Assembly (NCBI GenBank): GCA_963717505.1
Contig: OY970342.1
Span: 2,272,001-2,336,000, forward strand
Reading direction: 5' to 3'
Length of the DNA: 64,000 bases
DNA from: Candidatus Eiseniibacteriota bacterium
Lineage (GTDB): Bacteria > Eisenbacteria > RBG-16-71-46
The notes beneath the pieces were generated by a model. That model saw nothing but the letters and a program-made list of their open reading frames with translations, had not been told where the DNA came from and searched no databases. Of this stretch, positions 55,062-64,000 are shown piece after piece (positions within the stretch are counted from its first letter, which is position 1; each line of letters starts with the position of its first letter). Made by a program: the position numbers and the translations under genes.

Positions 55062-57776
55062 GTGCCTGAACAACGCCCAGACCCCGAACAGCTCCTCGAG
55101 CGCCTCAAACGCGAGGAGGCGCGCGAGCGACGGGCGAAGCTCAAGGTCTTCTTCGGCGCCGCAGCGGGCGTCGGCAAGACCTTCGCGATGTTGGCCGAGG
55201 CCCATGAACGCCGGGTGGGCGGCGTCGACGTGGTCGCCGGCGTGGTCGAGACTCACGGCCGCGAGGAGACCGGCCGGATGCTGGACGGTCTCGAATCGTT
55301 GCCGTTGCGTTCGATCGAGTATCGGGGCGCCTCGTTGCCCGAGTTCGATCTCGACGGCGCGCTCGCCCGGAAGCCGGCGCTAATCCTTGTCGACGAGCTG
55401 GCGCACACCAACGTGCCGGGCTCGCGCCACACCAAGCGCTGGCAGGACGTCGACGAGCTGCTGGCGGCCGGCATCGACGTCTACACCACGCTCAACGTGC
55501 AGCACGTGGACAGCCTCAACGACGTGGTGGCCCAGATCACCGGCGTCACGGTCCGCGAGACGGTGCCCGACCTGGTGCTCGATCGCGCCGACGAGATCGA
55601 GCTGATCGACCTGCCGCCCGACGACCTGCTGCAGCGGCTACGAGAAGGCAAGGTCTACGTGCCGGCGCAGGCGGAAGCCGCGATGCGCAGCTTCTTCCGC
55701 AAAGGCAACCTGATCGCGCTGCGCGAGCTGGCGCTGCGGCGCACCGCCGAGCGCGTCGACGCCGAGATGGAGTCCTACCGGCGCGAGGCCGGGATCGCCG
55801 AGCCCTGGGCGGTCCGCGACCGAATCCTGGTGTGCGTCGGCGATCCCGAGATGGGCCTGCGCCTGGTCCGGTCCGCGCGCCGGATGGTGACCGGGCTCCG
55901 CGCGCAGTGGATCGTCGCGCACGTCGAGACTCCGGCCGAATTGCGTTGGCCGCGCGATCGGCGCGACTACATCGTCGACGTGATGGGTTTCGCCGAGGAC
56001 CTGGGCGCCGAGACCGTGATCCTCCAGGGCATCCGGGTCGCCGACGAGATCCTGGCGCTGGCCGCCCAGCGCAACGTGTCGCGCATCCTGGTGGGCAAGC
56101 CGTCACGGCCCAGGTGGCAACAGCTCCTGGGCGGTTCGCTCGCCGAGAACCTGGTGCGCAACAGCCGCGAGGCCGACGTCTACGTGATCACCGGCGAAAC
56201 CGAGGGTCCGTCGCCGGCGCGCGCCGCCGATCGGGTAGCCGGAGTCGGTTGGACGCACCAGATCCAGTCGGTCGGAGTGGTCGGGCTCGCGACCGGAATT
56301 GCGTTCCTGCTCTACGGATACCTGGACCCGACCAACCTGATCATGATCTATCTGCTCGGGGTCATGGTGGTGGCGCTATGGGTGGGCCGGGGTGCGGCGA
56401 TTCTGGCTTCAGTGTTGAGTGTCGCCGCGTTTGATTTCTTCTTCGTGCCCCCGCGCTACACGTTTGCCATCGGCGACACGCAGTACCTGGTGACGTTCGG
56501 GGTCATGCTGATGGCGGCTCTGGCGCTCAGCACCATGGCGCACTGGGTCCGGGTCCAGGCCGAGGCCGCCCGAGCGCGCGAGCGGCGGACGGCGGCGCTC
56601 TATCGAATGAGCCGCGAGCTGGCCGAACTGCGCACGTCGGACGAGCTGCTGTCGGTCGCGGCGCGCTCCATTGGCGAGGAGTTCGGTGGCCGTGCGGCCA
56701 TCCTGCTGCCGATCCAGGGCGGTCGGGTCCGGCTGCGGGTCGGTGATCTCGGGACGGCGCACCATGAACGTCATGAAGCCGGCGTGGCGCAATGGACGTT
56801 CGACAACGGGCAGCCCGCCGGCCTCGGCACTGCGACCCTTCCCGGGGCCCGTGGCCTCTACCTGCCGCTCATGGGCAGTTCGGGGCCGATCGGCGTGCTC
56901 GGACTGATCCCGGAATCGCGCGGTACCGGGTGGCGACCCGACCAATTCCGCTTCCTCGAGACCATGGCGAACCAGATCGCCCTCGCCGTCGAGCGCGGCG
57001 ATCTGGCGGAGTCCGCGGAGCAGGCCCGGGTGCGGGACGCTTCGACGCGCCTCAAGGACACGTTGCTCAGCTCGATCTCGCACGACTTCCGCACGCCCCT
57101 GGCGGTGATCACCGGTGCGGCGAGCAGCCTGCGCGACCGGAACAACCTGCCCGCGTCGCTGCGCCGCGAGCTCGAGGAGACGATCGTCGAGGAAGCGAAT
57201 CGATTGAGCCGTCAGGTCGGCGGCCTGCTCGACATGACCCGCCTCGAGTCGGGCGCCATCGAGGTGCACAAGGAGTGGCATTCGCTCGAGGAGGTGGTGG
57301 GCGCCACGCTCGGCCGCTTGAACGCGCCGCTCGCCGAACGCGAGGTGCGGGTCGACCTGAGTGCCGTGCCGTATGCGCCGATGGACGACGTGCTCATGGG
57401 CCAGGTGCTGTTCAATCTGGTCGAGAATGCGACCAAGTACACGCCGCCCGGGAGTCCGATCGAGATCCGCGCCTGGCGCGAGGGTGAGGGAGCGATGATC
57501 GAGGTCGCCGATCGCGGACCAGGCCTGCCCGCCGGCGACGAGCAGCGGGTGTTCGACAAGTTCTATCGCGCCGTCGACACCGGGCCTCGCGGACTGGGAC
57601 TCGGACTGTCGATCAGCCGCGGCTTCGTCGAGGCGCACGGTGGCCGGATCGAGGCCGCGAACCGCGCCGGAGGCGGCGTCGCGTTCCGCGTCTGGTTGCC
57701 GTTCGAAGGCGAGCCGCCGCGCGTCGAGGCCGAGGGCGAGTCGGCCGAGGTCGGCGACCCCGGGGCGCGGGCGTGA
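55062..57776 (+). CDS. kdpD: Sensor histidine kinase KdpD
   Basis: GAAAGVGKT, LVDELAHTN, Usp, 4 TM, GAF, SHDFRTPL H-box, GLGLGL G-box. Confidence 0.97.
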   Translation: MPEQRPDPEQLLERLKREEARERRAKLKVFFGAAAGVGKTFAMLAEAHERRVGGVDVVAGVVETHGREETGRMLDGLESLPLRSIEYRGASLPEFDLDGALARKPALILVDELAHTNVPGSRHTKRWQDVDELLAAGIDVYTTLNVQHVDSLNDVVAQITGVTVRETVPDLVLDRADEIELIDLPPDDLLQRLREGKVYVPAQAEAAMRSFFRKGNLIALRELALRRTAERVDAEMESYRREAGIAEPWAVRDRILVCVGDPEMGLRLVRSARRMVTGLRAQWIVAHVETPAELRWPRDRRDYIVDVMGFAEDLGAETVILQGIRVADEILALAAQRNVSRILVGKPSRPRWQQLLGGSLAENLVRNSREADVYVITGETEGPSPARAADRVAGVGWTHQIQSVGVVGLATGIAFLLYGYLDPTNLIMIYLLGVMVVALWVGRGAAILASVLSVAAFDFFFVPPRYTFAIGDTQYLVTFGVMLMAALALSTMAHWVRVQAEAARARERRTAALYRMSRELAELRTSDELLSVAARSIGEEFGGRAAILLPIQGGRVRLRVGDLGTAHHERHEAGVAQWTFDNGQPAGLGTATLPGARGLYLPLMGSSGPIGVLGLIPESRGTGWRPDQFRFLETMANQIALAVERGDLAESAEQARVRDASTRLKDTLLSSISHDFRTPLAVITGAASSLRDRNNLPASLRRELEETIVEEANRLSRQVGGLLDMTRLESGAIEVHKEWHSLEEVVGATLGRLNAPLAEREVRVDLSAVPYAPMDDVLMGQVLFNLVENATKYTPPGSPIEIRAWREGEGAMIEVADRGPGLPAGDEQRVFDKFYRAVDTGPRGLGLGLSISRGFVEAHGGRIEAANRAGGGVAFRVWLPFEGEPPRVEAEGESAEVGDPGARA

Positions 57777-58483
57777 ACGCGCCCGAGACCGACCGTCCGC
57801 TGATTCTCGTGGTCGACGACGAGCTGCCGATCCGGCGTTTCCTGCGCGCAGCGCTCGACGGCGATCACTACCGCCTGATCGAAGCCGAAACCGGAGAAGG
57901 CGCACTGCGCGAGGCGGCGCAGTGCGCTCCTGACCTGGTGTTGCTCGATCTCGGACTGCCCGACCTCGATGGCATGGAGGTTACGCGCCGGCTTCGCGAG
58001 TGGTCGCAGGTCCCGATTCTCGTGCTGTCGGCGCGTGGGCAGGAGGGCGACAAGATCGCCGCACTCGATGCCGGAGCCAACGACTACGTGACCAAGCCAT
58101 TCGCGATCGGCGAGCTGCTGGCGCGCATCCGTGCGGCCCTACGCCATTCGGCGCGCCTGTCGGGCACGACCACTGAGAGCGTGGTCACGGTCGGTACGCT
58201 CAAGGTCGACCTCGAACGCCGTCAGGTCACGGTCGCCGGGCAGCCGATCCACCTGACGCCGATCGAGTACCGGTTGCTGACCACGCTGGCCAGCCATCGC
58301 GGTCGCGTGCTGACGCGCGAGCACCTGCTGCGCGAGGTCTGGGGACCGCGCTACGTCCAACAGCACCACAATCTGCGAGTCCACATGGCGCAGCTCCGCC
58401 AGAAGATCGAAGCCGATCCCACGAGACCGCGCCTGCTGCTCACCGAGACCGGTATCGGCTACCGGATGGCGGAAGAGGTCTGA
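57773..58483 (+). CDS. kdpE: Response regulator KdpE
   Basis: LVVDDE, LLDLGLPDLDG, KPF, LRVHMAQLRQKIE...TETGIGYR. Confidence 0.95.
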   Translation: MNAPETDRPLILVVDDELPIRRFLRAALDGDHYRLIEAETGEGALREAAQCAPDLVLLDLGLPDLDGMEVTRRLREWSQVPILVLSARGQEGDKIAALDAGANDYVTKPFAIGELLARIRAALRHSARLSGTTTESVVTVGTLKVDLERRQVTVAGQPIHLTPIEYRLLTTLASHRGRVLTREHLLREVWGPRYVQQHHNLRVHMAQLRQKIEADPTRPRLLLTETGIGYRMAEEV

Positions 58484-58484
58484 A

Positions 58485-61400
58485 TCAGGAGCCCAGGCGT
58501 TCGGACGCGACCGGCGCTTCGGCCGCCGCGCGGCGCGGACGCAGCCAGCCGAACCAGCGACGCCGCTCGCGTCCGGTCTCGGGCTGGCGTCGCAGTCGGC
58601 GCTGGAGCGCGTCGAGATAGGTGTAGAACACCGGCGTGACGTAGAGCGTCACGATCTGCGAGAACGCGAGCCCGCCGACCACGGCCAATCCGAGTGGGCG
58701 GCGCGATTCGGCGCCGGTGCCCCAGCCGAGCGCGATCGGCAACGTGCCCATGAGCGCCGCCATGGTGGTCATCATGATCGGCCGGAAGCGCACGCTGCAC
58801 GCCTGGAGGATCGCGTCGTGCGGCGTCTTGCCTTCGCTGCGCTCGGCTTCGAGTGCGAAGTCGATCATCATGATCGCATTCTTCTTGACCAGCCCGACCA
58901 GCAGGATGACACCGACGAACGCGTAGACCCCGAGCTCGGCGCGGAACAACCACAGCGTGAGCAGCGCGCCGAAGCCCGCGAACGGCAGGCCGGAGAGGAT
59001 CGTGAGCGGGTGGACGAAGCTCTCGTAGAGCACGCCGAGCACGATGTAGATGACCAGCACCGCGATCACCAGCAGCAACGTCAGGCCGCGCTGGCTCGAC
59101 TGGAACGCCTGCGCGGTTCCGGCAAAGCTGGTGGCGATGTCCGAAGACAGGGTCTGGCGCGCCGCCTGCTCGACCGCGGCCACCGCCTGGCTCAACCCGA
59201 CGCCTTCGCGAACGTCGAATGACAAGGTCACTGCCGGCATCTGGCCGGCATGCGCCACGGTCAGCGGTCCGAGTCCCGGTTCGAACGAAGCGACCGCACC
59301 CAGGGGCACCAGCTCGCCGCGGCTCGAGCGCACCGTGAGCAGCCGGATCGCCGAGGCGTCGCGCTGGAACTGCGGCAGCAGCTCGAGGATCACCTGGTAC
59401 TGGTTGTCGGGCGTCAGGATGGTCGAGACTTGGCGCGAGCCGTAGGCGTTGTACAACGCCTGCTCGATCTGTTGCGGCGTGACGCCGAGGGTCGCGGCCT
59501 GGTCACGATCGATCCGCACGCGCAGCTCGGGGTTCTTGATCTGGAGGTCGCTGGTGACGTTGTCGAGCTGGGGCAGCGCGTCCAACCGCTGCTCGAGCTG
59601 ACGGGCGTTCTCGTAGAGCGACGCGATGTCGGAGCCCTGCAGGCTGAACTGGTACTGACTCTTGGCGAATCGAGCCCCGACCCGGATCGGCGGCGGGTTT
59701 TGTAGGAATACGCGGATTCCCGGCACGGTCGCCACCTTCGGCGTCAGGCTGCGGATCACCTGATCGGCGCTCAGCGTGCGCTCGTGTCTCGGCTTGAGCC
59801 GGATCACCATACGTCCGGAGCTGGTGCCGGCGCCGGTCGGGCCGCCGCCGACCGACGACATCAACCCCTCGACGTTCGGATCGGCGCCCACGATCGCGGC
59901 GGCCTCGCGCTGGCGCGCCACCATGGCGTCGAAGGTGGTGCCTTCGGCGGCCTCGGTGGTGGCGGTGATCTGGCCCGTGTCCTCGCTGGGAATGAACCCC
60001 TTGGGCACCACGGTCGCGAGCACGCCGGTGCCGACCAGGATCGCGAGCGAGAACGCCAGTGCGGCGCGCCTGTGCTCCATCACCCAAGCCAGGGTGCGCT
60101 CGTAGAATCGCAGCGTCGCCTGGAACGCGGCCTCGGTCGCCCGGTAGACACGGCCATGCACTTGGTGTCCGTCCGGGCGCAGGAACCGGCTGCACAACAT
60201 CGGGGTCAGGGTCAGCGAGACGAAGCCCGAGACCAGGATCGCGACGCTGATCACGATCGAGAACTCGTGGAACAGGCGGCCGAGCAGGCCGCCCATGAAC
60301 AGGACCGGAATGAACACCGCGACCAGGGACAGGGTCATCGACAGGATGGTGAAGCCGATCTCGCGCGAGCCTTCGAGCGCCGCGGTCTTCGGTTCGGCGC
60401 CCTTCTCCATGTGCCGCACGATGTTCTCGAGCATGACGATCGCGTCGTCGACCACGAACCCGACGCACAGCGTGAGTGCGAGCAGGGACAGATTGTCGAG
60501 GCTGAATCCGAGCGGCTTCATGAACGCGAACGTGCCGACGATCGACAACGGCAGCGCGGCGCTGGCGATGATGGTCGCCGACAGGTTGCGCAGGAACAGG
60601 AAGATGACCAACACGACCAGGATCAGGGCGATCAACAGGGTCATCTGGACGTCGGACACCGAGTGGCGAATCGACACCGAGCGATCGTTCAGGGTCTCGA
60701 GATGCACCGAGCCGGGCAACTGGGCGCGCAGGGTCTTGATCAGGGCGTGGACGTTGTCGGCGACCGCGACGGTATTGGTGCCCGGCTGGCGCTGGATCGC
60801 GAGCACGATCGCGCGCTTGTCGTTGAACCATGACGCCGAACGGTTGTCCTCGACGTCGTCGATCACGTTGCCGAGATCGCCGATCCGCACCAGCTTGCCG
60901 TCGCGCGCCAGGACCACCACCGAGCGGAACTCGGAGGCGTTCTGCAGCTGGCCGTCGGAGCGCAGCGTGCGCGCGCGTTCGGTGCCCCACAGGGTCCCGG
61001 TCGGCAGGTTGGAGTTGTGCGAGTTGATGGCACTCGCGACCTGGTCGATGCCGACGCCGCGGGCGGCCATCGCCTGCGGATCGAGCTGCACGCGCACCGC
61101 GTACTTCTTGGAGCCGTAGACGTTGACCTGAGCGACTCCCGACACGGTCGAGATGCGCTGGGCGAGCACGGTCTGCGCGTACTCGTCGAGCACCGGCAGC
61201 GACAGCAAGTCGGAAGTCAGCGCGAAATAGAGGATCGGCTGATCCGAAGGATTCGACTTGCGCAGCGACGGTGGGCTGATGCCGTCCGGCAGTTGGCGCT
61301 GGGCCTGTGCGATCGCGGATTGGACGTCCTGAGCGGCGGCATCGATCGGGCGGTCGAGCGAGAACTGCAGCGTGATGTTGGTCTGTCCCTGGCTGCTGTT

Positions 61401-61646
61401 CGAGCTCATCGCTTCGATCCCGGCGATGGTCGAGAACTGCTTCTCCAGCGGGGTCGCGACCGCCGCGGCCATGGTCTCGGGGCTGGCGCCGGGCAGACTG
61501 GCACGCACGTTGATCACCGGATAGTCGACGTTGGGCAGGTCGCTGACCGGGAGCTGGCGATAGGCGAGTGAGCCGAACAGAATGATGCCGAGCATGACCA
61601 GCGTGGTCGCGACCGGACGGCGGATCCAGGGCGCCGAGAGATTCAC
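58485..61646 (-). CDS. RND efflux permease (MdtB/MdtC-like)
   Basis: IRRPVATTL, GFVVDDAIVMLENI, KKNAIMMIDFA, RFRPIMMTT; GTG coupled to the adaptor's stop. Confidence 0.93.
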   Translation of the reverse strand: MNLSAPWIRRPVATTLVMLGIILFGSLAYRQLPVSDLPNVDYPVINVRASLPGASPETMAAAVATPLEKQFSTIAGIEAMSSNSSQGQTNITLQFSLDRPIDAAAQDVQSAIAQAQRQLPDGISPPSLRKSNPSDQPILYFALTSDLLSLPVLDEYAQTVLAQRISTVSGVAQVNVYGSKKYAVRVQLDPQAMAARGVGIDQVASAINSHNSNLPTGTLWGTERARTLRSDGQLQNASEFRSVVVLARDGKLVRIGDLGNVIDDVEDNRSASWFNDKRAIVLAIQRQPGTNTVAVADNVHALIKTLRAQLPGSVHLETLNDRSVSIRHSVSDVQMTLLIALILVVLVIFLFLRNLSATIIASAALPLSIVGTFAFMKPLGFSLDNLSLLALTLCVGFVVDDAIVMLENIVRHMEKGAEPKTAALEGSREIGFTILSMTLSLVAVFIPVLFMGGLLGRLFHEFSIVISVAILVSGFVSLTLTPMLCSRFLRPDGHQVHGRVYRATEAAFQATLRFYERTLAWVMEHRRAALAFSLAILVGTGVLATVVPKGFIPSEDTGQITATTEAAEGTTFDAMVARQREAAAIVGADPNVEGLMSSVGGGPTGAGTSSGRMVIRLKPRHERTLSADQVIRSLTPKVATVPGIRVFLQNPPPIRVGARFAKSQYQFSLQGSDIASLYENARQLEQRLDALPQLDNVTSDLQIKNPELRVRIDRDQAATLGVTPQQIEQALYNAYGSRQVSTILTPDNQYQVILELLPQFQRDASAIRLLTVRSSRGELVPLGAVASFEPGLGPLTVAHAGQMPAVTLSFDVREGVGLSQAVAAVEQAARQTLSSDIATSFAGTAQAFQSSQRGLTLLLVIAVLVIYIVLGVLYESFVHPLTILSGLPFAGFGALLTLWLFRAELGVYAFVGVILLVGLVKKNAIMMIDFALEAERSEGKTPHDAILQACSVRFRPIMMTTMAALMGTLPIALGWGTGAESRRPLGLAVVGGLAFSQIVTLYVTPVFYTYLDALQRRLRRQPETGRERRRWFGWLRPRRAAAEAPVASERLGS

Positions 61647-62821
61647 TTTCCGGCTCCGTGTGCGGCACCCGCGGCCGGTGTGGCCGGCGTCGACACGTGG
61701 CCGTCGGCTGCCACGTCGCCGCTCGCCCGGCGGATGAACGCCTTGGCGCCCGGCGACAACCGCAGCTGCCCATCGGTCACCACGGTCTCGCCGGCGGCGA
61801 GCCCCGCGTCGACCACCGTCCAATCGCGCCACGCGCGCTCAACGGTGATCGGGCGAACCTCGACCGTGGTGTCGGGCAGCACCACGTAGCAATAGGTGCC
61901 GCTCTGCGCGTTGGAAACCGCCGCGGTCGGCACCACGACCGCGCCCTCCTGCTCGTAGACGTGCAGGCGCGCGCGCGCGAACGCGCCCGGCCACAGGTCG
62001 CCGTCGTCGTTGTCGAACTCCGCCTTGAGCAGCACCGTCCCGGTCGCGGCGTCGACGGCGTTGTCGATGAACACCAGGCGGCCGCGGCTCCACGCCGAAT
62101 CCTCGGCGGCGAGCGCGGCCTCGACCACCATCGGCTGCCCGCGGCGGCGTTGCAGCTCGGGCAGGTCCGACTGCGGGATCGCGAAGCGCACCAGGATCGG
62201 ACGGACCTGATTGATGGTGACCAGGGGCTGGGTCGGGTCGTTGGCGCGCACCAGCTCGCCGACGTTCACGCGCAGGTCGCCGCTTCGGCCGGAGATCGGG
62301 GCGCGGACGGTCGCATGCGCCAGGTCGAGCTGCGCGTTCACCCAGTCGGCGGAGTCGGCGCGCGCGGTCGCCTCGGCCGCGGCGTAGGCGGCGCGCTTCT
62401 GCTCGAGCTCCTGCGTCGAGATCAGCTGCTGGGCCGAAAGGGCCTGGGCACGGTCGAACTCCAGGCGGGCGCTCTGCGCTTGCGCGCGATCGCGAGCCAG
62501 CAGCGCCGCCGCGCGGTCGGCCGCCGCCTCGAACGGCCGGCGGTCCAGTTCGATCAGCACCTGTCCGGCGGTGACGTGATCGCCCTCGCGGAACGGAATC
62601 CGCGTGACCAGGCCGCCGACCTGAGCGGTCACCGCTGCCGCGCGAACGGGCTCCACCGTGCCGGTGGCTTCGATTTCGTAGGGCACGGAACGCTGCTCCA
62701 CGGTCGCGACCACGACCGGAACCCGGCCGGCACGACGGCTCCCGTCGCCCCCACATCCCAGGATCGTGATCAAAGTCGCAACCGGGAGGGCAAGGGCCGG
62801 CGCCCACCGAGCGTGAATCAT
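61643..62821 (-). CDS. RND periplasmic adaptor (MdtA-like membrane fusion protein)
   Basis: Lipobox ILGC; VTAQVGG, VRAPISG, IDNAVDAATGT, VVTDGQLRL. Confidence 0.9.
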   Translation of the reverse strand: MIHARWAPALALPVATLITILGCGGDGSRRAGRVPVVVATVEQRSVPYEIEATGTVEPVRAAAVTAQVGGLVTRIPFREGDHVTAGQVLIELDRRPFEAAADRAAALLARDRAQAQSARLEFDRAQALSAQQLISTQELEQKRAAYAAAEATARADSADWVNAQLDLAHATVRAPISGRSGDLRVNVGELVRANDPTQPLVTINQVRPILVRFAIPQSDLPELQRRRGQPMVVEAALAAEDSAWSRGRLVFIDNAVDAATGTVLLKAEFDNDDGDLWPGAFARARLHVYEQEGAVVVPTAAVSNAQSGTYCYVVLPDTTVEVRPITVERAWRDWTVVDAGLAAGETVVTDGQLRLSPGAKAFIRRASGDVAADGHVSTPATPAAGAAHGAGK

Positions 62822-63009
62822 GACGATGAGCAAAGCAGACGTCCGCCCGCCCGGCAAGGACGCGGTTACGATCGCGGTCGAGGGAGCGCTCGAGGGCTCG
62901 TGGATCCACAACCTCTTGACCTCCCGCCGCGATCGATGTCGCGATTCGCGACGATGGTCTGGTCCGGGAGGGCCTACGGCCGGGTTTCGGACGCTGCTAG
63001 TATGCCGCG

Positions 63010-63651
63010 ATGACGATTCCTGCCGGCGAGGCACTGGAACGACTGCGCGAAGGCAACCGCCGCTTCGTCGCGGCGGTTTCCGACCGCAGTCCACTCGCCA
63101 GTCGAGAACGCCGCACCGAGGTGGTGGACGCCCAGGAGCCGTTCGCGATCATCCTCGGCTGCTCGGACTCGCGGGTGCCGGCCGAGCTGGTCTTCGACCA
63201 GGGCCTCGGGGACCTGTTCGTGATTCGGGTCGCCGGCAACATCGTCGCGCCGTCCCAGGTGGGCAGCGTCGAGTTCGCTGCGGAGCGCTACCGCACGCGA
63301 CTGGTGGTGGTACTCGGTCACTCCGGCTGCGGGGCGGTGATCGCGACGCTCGAAGAACTCCAGCGACCGACCGAGAACCAGTCGCGCAACCTGCGATCGA
63401 TCGTCGATCGCGTGCGTCCCTCGGTCGAAGCACTGCTGTCGACCGAGCTGAGCGGCGACCACGAGGCCCTGGTGCGCGCCGCGGTCCGGGTCAACGTCAG
63501 CGTCTCGGCGAGCCACCTGCGCCACGGGTCGGAGCTGCTCGAGCAGCTGATCCGGACGGACGGCCTGCGCGTGATCGGCGCCGAATACTCGCTGGAGACC
63601 GGGGTGGTGGACTTCTTCGACGGCGTCGGGGGTAACCGCGACGCCGGCTGA
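63010..63651 (+). CDS. Beta-class carbonic anhydrase
   Basis: GCSDSRVP, FVIRVAGN, LGHSGCGAV Zn motifs. Confidence 0.95.
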   Translation: MTIPAGEALERLREGNRRFVAAVSDRSPLASRERRTEVVDAQEPFAIILGCSDSRVPAELVFDQGLGDLFVIRVAGNIVAPSQVGSVEFAAERYRTRLVVVLGHSGCGAVIATLEELQRPTENQSRNLRSIVDRVRPSVEALLSTELSGDHEALVRAAVRVNVSVSASHLRHGSELLEQLIRTDGLRVIGAEYSLETGVVDFFDGVGGNRDAG

Positions 63652-63654
63652 CGA

Positions 63655-64000
63655 CTAGCGGGTGGACGGTACCCCGCCGAGTTCCCGTTCGAACTCCACG
63701 AGCCAGGGGTCGAGCGGGACTCCCAGCGCGTCGGCGACGCGAACGATGTAGTTGAAGAATCCGACGATCTGAACGGCGTCGTGCAGGTCGGCGTCGGAGA
63801 AGCCATGCGCACGGAGCGATTCCAGCTCGGCGGGTGCGGGCTTCGGGTCGAAACGCGAGAGGCGCACGGCGAAGCGGAGCAACGCGCGCGTCGCCTCGTC
63901 GATCGCCGCGGTTTCGGGGTCACGCACGATTCCCGCGACCTGGGCCAGGACTCGGTCTCGGCTCCAGTCCGCGTGTTCCTTCGCGATCTCGTCCCGGAGA
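63655..64000 (-). CDS. Carboxymuconolactone decarboxylase/AhpD-like peroxidase-related protein, C-terminal part (runs off window)
   Basis: ALLRFAVRLS...LRAHGFSDADLHDAVQIVGFFNYIVRVADALGV; frame open to the window end. Confidence 0.8.
   Translation of the reverse strand, partial: LRDEIAKEHADWSRDRVLAQVAGIVRDPETAAIDEATRALLRFAVRLSRFDPKPAPAELESLRAHGFSDADLHDAVQIVGFFNYIVRVADALGVPLDPWLVEFERELGGVPSTR

Noticed and set aside
58485-62821. RND pump lacking an outer membrane factor
   Set aside because: Common arrangement; a TolC-like protein is often encoded elsewhere.
1-64000. CRISPR arrays, IS elements, rRNA/tRNA, defence systems
   Set aside because: No repeat-spacer periodicity, transposase/integrase motifs or RNA gene signatures seen by eye.

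Overview
High-GC, gene-dense bacterial chromosomal window from a diderm organism. FlgD/T9SS-like C-terminal domains, PorV-like barrels and a C-terminal 'SWGxxKxxY' motif suggest an FCB-related candidate lineage such as Eisenbacteria/Krumholzibacteria (inference). Ordinary content: TonB, a peptidoglycan amidase, GH88, a livKHMGF ABC operon, selA-smc-GT-ftsY, radC, archease, Hsp20, an L,D-transpeptidase, an ABC1 kinase, YbaK, rhodanese, an octaheme/TPR cytochrome, yebC, kdpFABC-orf-DE (kdpC frameshifted), an RND pump and a beta-carbonic anhydrase. The standout is a ~14 kb locus (25262-39440) with two divergent sigma54-like promoters. It encodes two secreted OB-fold/Ig proteins, a PorV-like barrel, a helix-hairpin-helix outer-membrane protein, a second barrel, a stand-alone ComEC-type metallo-beta-lactamase lipoprotein, a 5'-nucleotidase and an orphan multi-TM protein, and reads as a candidate extracellular DNA capture, degradation and uptake system. 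Several genes show a recurring leaderless-mRNA signature. No rRNA, tRNA, CRISPR array or mobile element was recognised. All calls come from motif recognition by eye; no database searches were run.
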